A stretch of 64,000 bases of DNA. Source: Haplodiscus bocki (taxonomy: Eukaryota). Positions 26,901-38,764 of the stretch are shown piece after piece. The stretch is from positions 14,508,001 to 14,572,000 of the forward strand of contig OZ296655.1 in assembly GCA_965655095.1 (NCBI GenBank), read 5' to 3'. The notes under the pieces are model-generated. The model ran no database searches. It had not been told where the DNA came from and saw only the letters and a program-made list of their open reading frames with translations. Both the position numbers and the translations under genes were made by a program. Every line of letters begins with the position of its first letter. Position 1 is the first letter of the stretch.

Positions 26901-29900
26901 TTCCACGGTAGTTCCATATGTATTTCTATTTCACACTCACGCAGCAAATCCTTTTGAAACGATAGCGGTGTTGTCTTCACAAACTCCATTTGCAATGCAA
27001 ATTTTCCCTGATGGCTGCGTTGAGAGTTTGCTGAAAGGAACCACATCATAGAACAATTTGATCTCTGCGTCAATTTCTAAGAACACTTGTGCTCCAAAGC
27101 CTTTTGGGTATTCTGACTTTGGAGTTTTGACTGATTTGACCCATGAAGGCTCACATCAACCTCTGCTAGATTGAGTGTCACCTAAAACGATTTGTTGTTG
27201 ACCAGAAACAATTTGTTGAGCACAGCGAACGATGACTGTAAAAAAAATCTACTGAATGTGTTCTACTGAACTCAGCCGTTTCTTCCAAGGTCCTGCCCCA
27301 ACATACTTTTCAAGCAATCAGCACAAATTGACACAAGTACACTGGTAGTGGAGAAAAACATCGTTTGTTTTGTACAGTTTTAGTGTTTGTGCTTCCAATT
27401 GTTCAGCCGAGACTACGGAAGACGAAACACTTAGTGCTGAATGTCTGCGCTAATTGTTCTCGAGCTTCAGTTGATGCCGAAACTTTGAAAAGACAAACTT
27501 TAGGGAAAAAGGCAATCAGACAATGAAGTTTTGATTTTTGGCCTACTGTTACAACTTTACTTAGTGAAAGTTGTTTCCGTTACAATTAGTACGGACGATC
27601 TTATTGGTAGGCTTGGTCTAGCGTGCCTCTTTTGTTACTAAAAGATCTCAGCTCACGAGATTGTAGTATGCAGAATTTTGTTTCTTTTGCAACTCCAAAA
27701 AAAGGTGACTGCTGGGCTATGTGTCCAACACTGCCTCCTGCTTTTGTATATCTGATCCAGCTACTCTTGTTGAAATCCCTCTGAGCAAGGTGACTTCCGG
27801 TCCTTCTATCGTTATGGGGGATGCTTTGCACACTGAATGCTTTCCATGATCTAGATAGCCGCATGGATGTTTCACATTTGTTTCAGAAAGGGTTCACATC
27901 GGTTTCAACCACACCGATGAATGGTTGTATGACTCCACTCACACCGTTCAACTCTGATTACTTCAAAAAACTGATAACTGCAACAGACAATTGGTTGGAG
28001 CCAATGAAAGCTCTGAATGCATCTGTTGCTTCCGACTTCGTCAGTGTTTCCTAAAAGTCCATCCTGGTGCCTTGGTACCGGTGTTTCCCAAATTTTATTC
28101 ATGTCACTCATCATGCATTAGCAAGCCGTCCGGCAATTTTGTATCTTTAGGGATCTCAACAGTTTGCTAATGTAAATATAATACTTTTTCATACAGGTGA
28201 GTGAATTCTCTGCGCTCTGAGTTAAAATGTCCAGGTAAAATTGAAAGAGCCCAGTCTGTTTTCGTATTGAAGTATAATACAAGAGATTGCTCAGCGACTG
28301 GCAGTAAAATTTTCCGAGGCATGATGGTCTCAGTCGAACCTTTTGGGTGTACAAACGAAAAAGACTTTCCGACGACCAGTTGAGGCACCATTGTGATAAA
28401 ACGGTTGATCAATTCATTTGAGACTATTTCAATGTCTCTGTTCAATATTGATAGACGTCTGCCGGAGTTGATAAAGTGTGGTCAAAATAATTTGAAACAC
28501 TGGCAAGTCAATGAATGTTCCTTTGTAAGAATCACCCTCTGCTACTGATCAATAATTCTTCCAAAGGTTTCAAGTGCTTTGGCTAGAAAGGCTCTATTAC
28601 ATTGTCCAGTTAGTGGTTTTTCAGCAAGTCCTTCCAGAAGACATTCTTTTATTGGATTTCAGGAAAAGCAATTTGTTCCTTATGTTAACAAAACCGTCTG
28701 TGAGAAGGCCAGAGCGAGCTCAGCTTTTGAATAAATTCAAGAAGATGAAAACGACGAATTGTGTTGCGAATCTGCGGCCACTAGAGGAACAGTTTGAGGG
28801 ATCTCATGTTTCACTGCCTGTTACTGCTGATGGAGATTCGACTGTTTTGCAACGTGGTTTCCGAATGCAAATAACTGATTTTCAGCTCCCACTACACGTT
28901 TTATTGATTGAACAACGCGGTTTGCTGAAAAACAGTGGATGGTTTCCGTTATTGGTGCAGCAGAACACTGAAATTTTTTGGAGGAGATCACGGGAACCCG
29001 CCCCCTAACTCTGTCCTTTTGCTTCAGCCCGAAGGGCAGTTTTTCCATCCAGCTTTTGTCATCAAAAATCAGAAGGAACTTATTCGGCTGCGGTTCCTCC
29101 TACCTCATTAACTGATCACGAACGAACCAAAATGCTTGATTTTGCAAACTTAGAACACTGTTTACAAACGCGCTTGAAAGATCCGTCTCTGTTGACGTCA
29201 ACAGATACTCGTGAGTCTGTGTTGTGTTTTCGAGTCTGTTCATTCTACAGCTGCTTGTCAATGACATGCGAATGTTCCTTAACAGAGGTTGGAATGAAGC
29301 CGCTCGGCAATGAACGGCTGTACATGCCATGCAAGAATGGGATCAAGTTTTATTATCTGGGAGTTTCTCGGAGGAATGTCAATGAACTGGGAGCAACTTT
29401 GAATGAACGGCTAGCTACCAATTCTTTCAGCCCCTTTTGTGGCCAACCGATGCATCCTGGCTTGAGATAAAGTTTTAGTGCGCTGGAGCCAAAGCTTCCA
29501 AAAGATTAAGACCCCCGACAGATCGCAATTCAATTTGGTTCAGTCACCGTTTTGAGAGCATGTTACCGAACATATCGCTTGGTTCTGAAGTACATTGAAA
29601 CACCTCCCGAGCACCAACTGGGAGACGTGTCTAAGAGTTGCTCTCAATATGAGTTTCAAGATGAAGCTAGTGCGTTCCCTCACTTACATGCTTGCTTTGA
29701 TTGGGGCGTAAAAGGTTGCTTTAGAAAGCAGTGAAGTCTAGAGTTTGTTGCTTGGCAACAACCTATCTGGGGAAATTTTGACTGAAAGTGGTTTGGACAT
29801 TTTTAGAATGGAATAGATTTAGTGGGTTACGAGATTTGTTTTACCGTTACCAATCATACAGTTGTTTCAAGGCTAAGTTAAAGGTCAAAAGAAAACTAAG

Positions 29901-30729
29901 AAATGGAAAAAAAAATTGCTGAACGCTCAAATAACCTCTTTCTGCTGACTTTACCTACTAAAGTATCCATAAGGACCTCTCAGAAGAAAACATAACAGCT
30001 TCAAAGAAACTCGGTTTAGGGATTAGCCGAGTTGAATGACCTTGATTGTTCTGTTAGCACTGACCGGCGTCTGAGTGGTGGCAAACATCTTCTTCCAACG
30101 GAATTGAACTCTCATTTTTTTCCAACAGACTCTGAAGTTTCTGCCTTCGACCGATCTAGCACCAATCTGAAAAAATTGTTTCAATTGCATGAGTAGCCAA
30201 ATGTTTGTCAAAAAATGTCTAGGGCCTGGAGGCACGCAACAAAATTTCGGTTTATCCGTCGAGTGGAACACGTTTGCACAAATTCCATGTTGACAAAGAA
30301 GTCGAAAAACAAAACTGCTGGAAGCCACTTTGCAAATATAAAGAAGACAACAAGACCTCGAAAAAACTCTTCAACTTCTCGTATGTTTAATTTGACGGAG
30401 TTTCTGTAGTGATCCATGAAATTTCCTTACGTTGTCACCAACACCCAAGTGAATTGCGTTGCCACTGACCTTCGAGAGAAATGGGCTGGATTAGTTATGG
30501 AACCTGAATGCAGACTTTCTACTACTATTCAATGTTCTCTCTTTTGGGAGGCAGTGTCCCGTTAGACACAGCAAGGGTTTGCTCCTTACCGTTCCTCTAC
30601 AGAACATTAGAAGCTGCTGATAATTGATGCAGAAAACAGTACCCAATCCCCGGCCCAAATAACTGTTTCTGGTTTGTACCGTCCAAAGAACCAACCTCTC
30701 TGCTCATAAAGGAAATCTTTTTCAACGGT
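17924..30729 (-). repeat. Copy B of the large tandem multi-gene unit
   Basis: Same anchors as copy A in the same order and orientation. It lacks the copy-A segments ~4900-7080, 12403-13612 and ~14450-15215, which largely explains the shorter period (12.8 kb vs 17.9 kb). Confidence 0.9.
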
Positions 30730-33700
30730 TCTTGCGCTTCCTAAAACCCTTAAATGTCACACGAGAAAGTCTATTGAACGAGAAAATTAGTGATGACCTC
30801 GGTTTTTTACATACGCCATGATGTTTCCTACAATGAGGCCTTTTTGAACTACTGTCAGCACTTTTGCAATAGAGTCCCCCGTTATTCCAGACAATGTGGT
30901 GAAGCTATAACATGTACAAAAAACGCTAAAGAATCAAGTTCATTTCTGATAAAAGGGCTTGTCAGACTAAATGGTTTTGTCGAACATCGTTCCGCGGCAC
31001 ACAACCAATTGTTTGATCCACAAATTGTCGTTGCTTGGATACTATGTGACTCAACTCGACATCTTTCTCTGTCGCCTGTTAAACTTGCGTTTTCGAGGTT
31101 TCTTAAGCAAGACCTCCTAACAGCTGCTAAGGTATTGAAGTCGTTGCTGTTGCTCAGCGCTTCGTACTTGATTAAGTATGCTATCATACAGGGTCAACTA
31201 GCTTCTTAGATCGTTTCTTTACGAGTGTTCATTTGTGCATCCAGCAAGCAGCACAAAACATTTTAGAAATTTTCCCTGTTCAACACCCCGCGTTTCAGAA
31301 AAATAGCAACATTTCTGACAAATTAGATGCGCAAAAAGAGATTGGTTTGCTTCGTGCAGTTGTCAGTGTGGTTTTGTTGGTCTACCAGCTTATGCTCGAA
31401 GGATTTACGCCATCTTACCGCGTCCTTTCACCTAGAAGTAAAAGATCCATAGACCGCGCAACCAGATTGACAACTCGTTGGTAGATAAACAGAAGATTTT
31501 GGATTACATTTGTCCTTTGTAAGAGAATCGTTGCTTTTCCACCACTGCGTCTATTAAACGTGAAATCATAGTTGCTCACCAAGTTCGAACACGAGCCATG
31601 TGCTGCTTCATTGTGTCGTTGTTGCTCTAGCTAGAAGGTTGCGATGCATGAAAATAAGTGACGCTGCTGAAAGAGCATCAAGTTTCCTAGAAGACATACC
31701 ATTGCCCTAATCTCTTTTCGTGTTGTTGAAAATGAAATATCGAGTTATTCAGTTTCGCGTGCGTCAAACAGACTTCCTCGGAATCCTGTAAAATTTACCT
31801 TTATAGAGAGTTTGGACGATCGTTTCAATGATTTTATCTGAGCTTTGGTCCGGGACGGACACTGTACTGCCAGCATTTTTAAACAAAAATCATACTTTTG
31901 GAAGGTAAATTCGTGCTTCCACAGGTGATTTCCGTGAACTTCCTCCTAATTCCGGAACAGTTCTCTTGTTGAGTATCTCGGTGTCTGCTTCTTACAAGCT
32001 CCATTATTTGAGGCAATATATTAGGGTGAAGAAGAGCCAAGGAAAGAGGCGTGCGGAATTGCCGTCCGAATAACCTCTGTCAAAAACATGCAATAGGGAG
32101 TGTTGTCAAATCATCGAAAACTTCTGTAAATTTGTCAGCACGTGGTCGAAAGTCCATCTAGATAGTGTGAGATTATTCAATACGAGAATTGCGGAGAAAT
32201 AGGATGAAGATGACAGAATCTCCCGTGACAACACTTTAAGCGATACAGAGTTCCTTTTTCCAATGCAAGGATAAAATATCTCAGACCGGATCTCTCAATT
32301 GCATTATTGCAACAACACCCCGGAGCAAGTTACTTAAAAGTTGGTTGCCTTGAGCCGTAGTCTTTCTTTTTACATGTTGGTTATGTTTTGAGGCTAACCT
32401 AATTACTCGCGCCTAACGTAAATTCGTGGAGGCTTGTTGTACTTCGTAAACGGTTTGGCGTGCTGCACATAGAGAGCAACTCCACCGTTTGCAGAAGGTT
32501 TCATTTTCCTTCGAAAAATGATGCCACTTTAGGCGTTCACAAAATATTGTGTAACACCGTTTCACGCTTGGCAACACAGATTGTTGGCTGTGAAAATATC
32601 AAAACTTGGCTGAAGTAGCAGCTTTATCAGTTGATTGTCGAGTCACTATTCTGTCTCACGGCATGTTTATCGGTTACAAGCAACGAGCACTTGATGTATT
32701 TAGACTTGTTTGCCATCAAAATAGTCACTCGGTACTTTTGCTTCATACTATTTTGTCCTCTCGTTGCGGGTGGCGTTCTGGTATTTCAACAACCCAAATG
32801 TTTCATCCATTTCCTCTCCGTATCTTTGATGTGGTTCTTCCCACAATTGACAATTGGTTACCATTATTTTTTGGTGAGTGTTGAAGACAGGGAATTTTTT
32901 TACATTGGAAAGTGTAGAACGTTGCGGCGACGATTGTAAGAGCGCATTTCGGGAAATGAAGGTTCCTTTACCAAATCTGTTGAAAAAAGATTGTGGGCTC
33001 TAGTTGCTTACGTGTCGGCCCTTTCCAACGCTGTTTCTTGAGCCGTTATACTTACGAAAAGGATTAACAAAGAGCAATGGTTTTTCGCAATTTTTTTACT
33101 TTGAGGCTTGCGCTTGCAAAAGACTATTCCCAATGCAATGTTCTCACGGGTTTGTAAAAAGGTTAGAGGCATCAAAACAGCGCTCGAGAAAGAATCCAAG
33201 TATAACTCTCAGGGGTCTTTTGACTGTTGTAGCGTAAATGTCTCGATGGGTTCAGACTAAAGAGAAATTACTATCGTGAAGAAAAATCGTACAGGAAAGT
33301 ATTGGTTTACACTTGGTTTCTCAAAGACCAAAGTTTCAGCAACTATTCATCTTCAGCCAATCGTGTTGATAAATTCGACTACTGGCCATTGTATGTCGCT
33401 AATTTTGAGCCCACGTTTGAAAAAGACGACCTTTTCTAATTGTTAACAAACGAGTTTTCAAATGTATTTTGTTTTGATTCTTTATCACTTTTTCATTGGA
33501 CCAATACCATAAATTGTTTTCATTCGTGATCGAAACGTCTTCATATGATACCTAATGGAATCTCGAATGTAAATACCTTACACGATAATTGAATGATTCT
33601 CACATTCAATTTTTGCAATTTCTTGTTTGCAAGATTGTCTGGAGTTGCATTGAAGTAGGTGTTGTGATACTTTTTCGGAATTGTTTCAATCCTTTAGACC

Positions 33701-34030
33701 AACTAGGGTTATAACTTTTTTGTTCAGTGAATACTTCAAAGTGCTACTTGAAAAATTGTCTGACTGGAAGACACTGTGCAAAGATACTTAAGTCATTAAA
33801 TTGATCTCATATCTTTTTGAATGTCTCACTGTTTGTGAGTTTTTGGATGCTAATAGCGGATTCATAACTCCACTTAATGTTGTATTAAGACGGAAGCAAT
33901 CGAATTTTTAGGCTTTTGATGTGCTGTTTGCTCAGCGACCGCCGAAATGATTTCTCAGGTAGAATGATTTTTTTCTAGATGAACGTTTATGAGCTCGTTC
34001 CACGGCAAACGTTTGTTTCATGAACTGGCC
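30730..34030 (-). repeat. Copy C (truncated) of the large tandem multi-gene unit
   Basis: Starts with near-identity to position 1. Last clear homology is agatgaacgtttatgagct (~33977) to agatgaacatttaagagct (~21185); similarity ends near 34030. Confidence 0.88.
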
Positions 34031-34899
34031 TGTAAATATAATTTTTATCTCATCTTTGTTAGTCGTCATTTCCAGAAGCACGTCTCAAAAAGTCAAAAAA
34101 ATGCTTCCCAAGAAGACCCCGATAAAAAATTCAGGAGTACATTCTTATTGTTAAAAAGTTTGAAAGGCAGAACTGAGTAAATGAACGCCTTTCAAGCACT
34201 TTTTGTTCTGTCTTTTCATGAACGATAGGCAAAATGAGCTTCGGTCAGCTTCAAGTTGACTGACGCCAGTAAAACTCTCGAAGGACAGCCAGGTGAAGAA
34301 GAAACATTTTGCAATCATCGATATGAAAAAACTTTAAACACCAACCTGAGGCTGAAATCTTTTTCCCCTGTTGCCCCAGACCATCACATCGCAAGTAGGA
34401 CGACAATAGCCTTGAGCCGGTAGACAAAAACTGAAGGCGCGGTTTTTAAAATCTGCAAGTTTATGGTAACACTTAGTGTTTACAGCCCACACATTTTTAG
34501 AAAATTGTAACCCATTTTTTTCGAAACAATTTTTCAAATCCTCAATAAAAAACGCATATATTACCCCTCGCAATTCCAAGATAATATATGCATTTTCTAT
34601 TGAAGAATAAAAATAATAATAACTAAAATTAGGTTAAATTATTCTCAAAAAAACTGAAAGTTGTAAACTTTAATTGTTACTCGAGAGCTTAGACGGCGCT
34701 CTAGAAAATTTAAAAAAAACCGTCTATTACAACACTTAAGTTTTCTTCTCTTTGAGATTGAAGAAAACACAGCAATAAGGCCGGTAGAAGGAAACTGAAA
34801 GCTTAGGTAGTGTAACCTCTATATGTGAGTGACAACTCAAGTCCACAACTTACACTTCCTAAACTTTGTTGCCGTGAATCCTCAATCATTAAACGCATA

Positions 34900-35010
34900 T
34901 ATTGTCTCCTCGCAAAGGACAAAACAGCAACACTCACTTGATGGAAATCTTCTCGAAGAGCATCCCTGATGTGGTTGTGTTATCCGAAACTTGTTTGGTT
35001 TCTGGAATGT
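34900..35010 (+). pseudogene. Possible LINE apurinic-like endonuclease N-terminal remnant
   Basis: From 34941 the frame reads MEIFSKSIPDVVVLSETCL, resembling the APE motif PDivxLsETWL. Short match only. Confidence 0.35.
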
Positions 35011-37027
35011 TCACTTATTTGGTAGCTTTGGGCCATTATCTCAGTTAAACAAGGAAATGCCATTGTTTTTTCCGAAAAAATATTGAGGAAAAGTTGTTGA
35101 ACAATTTTGAGAAAAAAGACCATGAAAGCCAGCCTAATCAATAAAGGAAGTGTTTTAAAATGAAAAAGTTTTTGAGAAACTGCTAACTAACTGTCAAAAA
35201 ATGTCTCATTTCTTGTTCTCATTGACAAAGAAAACAATGAAAAAGGGAGAATAGAAAAATTGAACACGCGAATTTGATAACAACGAACAGAACACTTCAT
35301 GACATTGAATGTGATTCTATCCCATGTCTATAGTTGTCAAACCAGTTTCGAACACTGTTTCAATAGTAAACTGACTCGGCAGTTTCCACCGCGGAAAACT
35401 TACCACCACCGTGTGAACAAATTTTTAAGAAGCGCAGCAAAAGTTATTTGAGGTACAGCTTGTGTAGTTAACTTTTGTAGTCACTGATAAATAGGTGATA
35501 GCGGACTCAGTGCCGCTTGTCCTTTTGCATGCGTGCTGGCGAATTTCCTCTGTCCCAATCTCGAAAAAGGACTGTATTGGTCCAGTTAAATTGTCCATGT
35601 TGGACTCCAGTGCTGATGCGCCATCGGTATCTCGGCTTTGCACCAGTTCGTGAAGTTCATCCCTAAAGCATTGGGGATGTATTCGTTGATCAGCGTTAGA
35701 TTGCTCACCCTTGTTTTGTTGATCTTCAGCGCTCAAATATGTGTTTGCGGTATTGATAACAGTAGTACCTAAGACAAATACGGCTGTACCACATTCTGGG
35801 CTCTTAGGCGATTCGCAAGAGATCAGATGCTGTTGAAACTTTGATTGTTGTCAAATTATTTTACAGTGATTGAAGATATTTACGAAGAAAGTTACCAAAA
35901 TGCATGCAATTTCAGAAAAGTGACGGCGTGTGAGTGAGTTACTTTTTACTGCTCGGGTGCTTTGTTTTCATAAGAGAAGTAAAGTATTGCAATTAGTGTT
36001 TTATACTAAAAAGGGGGTGAGTTGACAATGAATTGCGTGGCCAAGTGACTATCTAATTAAAAAATGTAACTAGCCACTGCCTTAAGTCTGGCCTCCTTCT
36101 GACTGCTCTGCAGCAACCAACTCACCGTAAGGCAACTCGATTTTATGAAATGAATGATAAATACTCATTTCCAAACTTGCAATTCTCTTCCTGCAATAAT
36201 GACCTGATGTATGACAATTGATCTCGCAGTAGTAATATAAAATAGCACAATGAAAGTTGAAACCACACTTCAATTCATGCTCAGTGATTATTGATAGAGT
36301 TGGGACATTCTCTGAGAAAAAAACACGTATGCTTGAACTCTGTGCTGTGAAATTGCAGTAAATCTCTCCCTAACAAGTATTTGCATGATTAAATGAGAGA
36401 TGACTCTATAAAAATTACTGTAGGAAAAAGAATCTTTTCTGTCAACCCCCCACCCCCCCCACCATAATGGATCTGTGAAATAATAAGTGGCGTAATGGTT
36501 TAATTCACAAAGAGTTTGCTTCCGCGTTGGCGGGGGGGGGGGGTTGTTAAAATTCTCGTTAATAGATGCTGTTGAGGGAGTTAAGAGAAAAGATCCAGGA
36601 AAGATTGTGAAATTCTGATGTTTAAAATGAAGAGCCAATAACAAATGTGACGACAAACAGAAAATGTGGCATGTTCATGAAACAACGGGTCCATCATTCA
36701 TCTTGATGACGTCATATGAAGTGTTGTGACACGTCGTGTAAGTGTATCAAGTCCACCTCAACACGATTGATCATATGATGTTTCGCCGCATTCTGGAAAT
36801 GATAACTCAGTCCACTTCAAACAATTAGACGACTAAATATCCAAAAATAAGTGAAACACAACATGATGTTATGTGACTTTCCGTTGGTTGCATGTCCAGA
36901 ATCCAAACCTGCCTTTGTCGGCTGAGTGTTAATATCGTAGCTGACTTACGATTTTGTCATACCTAGTTAGTTTCAGTTGAAATTGTACCTTGTGCAAATT
37001 AGTTGAATTGCCACCATTTCTTCTTCT

Positions 37028-37424
37028 NNNNNNNNNNNNNNNNNNNNNNNNNNNNNNNNNNNNNNNNNNNNNNNNNNNNNNNNNNNNNNNNNNNNNNNNN
37101 NNNNNNNNNNNNNNNNNNNNNNNNNNNNNNNNNNNNNNNNNNNNNNNNNNNNNNNNNNNNNNNNNNNNNNNNNNNNNNNNNNNNNNNNNNNNNNNNNNNN
37201 NNNNNNNNNNNNNNNNNNNNNNNNNNNNNNNNNNNNNNNNNNNNNNNNNNNNNNNNNNNNNNNNNNNNNNNNNNNNNNNNNNNNNNNNNNNNNNNNNNNN
37301 NNNNNNNNNNNNNNNNNNNNNNNNNNNNNNNNNNNNNNNNNNNNNNNNNNNNNNNNNNNNNNNNNNNNNNNNNNNNNNNNNNNNNNNNNNNNNNNNNNNN
37401 NNNNNNNNNNNNNNNNNNNNNNNN
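37028..37424. other. Assembly gap (N run)
   Basis: Run of N. Confidence 1.
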
Positions 37425-37499
37425 TTTAGTCGTTTGGTGACTTCGCCAAAACTTTTTCCAGAGACTTTTTCAAAACGCATTGGTTGATCAGTTTTCGCC

Positions 37500-38650
37500 A
37501 TTTTTTGTTTTTTTTTCACAATGTCCAGAACTTCTATTATTTATTCAGGTCTGTTATTCCTTGTCGCATACCATTGCTGTCCAACGCAATCTATTGCGGC
37601 TTCTGCATTTTTTTGTATTTTGCACACGTAGCAGTCGAGCAAAAAGAAGCCCTGTAGATTCCCCTGTAATGTAGTCAAAATATTCAGCATTATTTCACAA
37701 TTTACATGGTACGGGGGAAACGTTTTTAAAGCCCACTTTTACGAAACTTCGTTGTTACTGATCCAGTCCTGGTAATTTATTTTCATCTGGAACCATTAAC
37801 TTCACATTTCAAAGACTGCTCTTCGTTTCTGAACCGATATATGATTGCACTAATCATTTCAGAGAATTACTGCATGATAGAACAGACATAGGCCTGAAAC
37901 AACAACTGCTTTTTCAACTCGGTTTTCCAATTTTTCTTCAAGAGTTAATTTTGAACCCAAAAATGCCCCACTTTATTGCAACCAGGTGTATCTTCACAAT
38001 GCCTGATCTCATGAAGCCAACTTTTTTTATTGTAGATTTCTGCGAGTGGCTCCAAGCATTTTTCTATTTATCCTCGTTTTTTCAAAAAGAAATTGCATAA
38101 TATTTCATGTTCAACCCTGTCGAAGACTTTGACGAAGTTGTTGGAGCAAATTTACGCGACCTTTGCTTATCCGAGCGTTTTGCCAGCAAGAGTCAGTGCG
38201 GGAACGCTTTTTTGATAATCCAACCTTCAGTGTCTGAAGTCATACTGTGATCCTTCGAGTTAAGGTTATTCAGATTCCTGAGGAAGAAATCTTGCATTAA
38301 TGTTTCACATCGTGTGGTATGAGAACCATGATTTTGTGTTTATTGTTTTTCTTGGTTTTGTTTTCTTTCGGAAGTTCAACCAACATCGACTGAAGGCACT
38401 CACTTCGCAGCTTTGATTCTACTGTGACTACGCCTTGGGCAGTCTTACAGATACTTTCATGCTCAATATCAAGAGCAACTTTCGAGAACTCAATGAGATT
38501 TTAATCGTTGCCTGGAGTTTCACTAATTCATGGCTTCGGAAAGCTTTCAATTCTTTGAATTTCCAAAACTGGTTGCTGATTGATCAATGGTCGTTTTTTA
38601 TCCTTGTGGTGTAGAGACCAGTCAGTTACTCTTCAGAGCGGGCAAACTTT
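37500..38650 (-). mobile_element. Decayed non-LTR retrotransposon (LINE) reverse transcriptase
   Basis: Ordered minus-strand motif remnants: LPKENKTKKNNKHKIMVLIP (K...NYRPIsLl), SQYDFR (QyGFR), NFVKVFDRVEHEIL at 38140-38095 (DFsKAFDrVdH.iL), SGAFLGSKL (QGSiLGPlL). Many stops and frameshifts. Confidence 0.65.
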
Positions 38651-38764
38651 TGTCTGGGTCGGAGATATTGTCGATCATTTTGTAGAAAATGCAATTCCTT
38701 GCAGCGCGTCATGATTGCTGACAATAGTGTTAACTTCCAGGCTCGTCTTCCTATCGATACGTTG

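Noticed and set aside
30428-30439. GDNV peptide on the minus strand resembling RdRp motif C
   Set aside because: The copy-A equivalent reads KGNV, the flanks are not the expected hydrophobic strands, and it lies upstream of the putative A/B-like motifs.
651-33237. Plus-strand ORFs within the tandem array (e.g. 14464-14868, 28574-29008, 30790-31209)
   Set aside because: Cross-copy conservation and synonymous patterns support minus-strand frames; these are most likely antisense shadows.
35425-35736. 103-aa hydrophilic ORF as a host exon
   Set aside because: No recognisable domain, no supportable splice structure and no neighbouring exons.
36705-36716. Palindromic TGACGTCA (CRE-like) site
   Set aside because: A single 8-mer with no associated gene; expected by chance in 64 kb.
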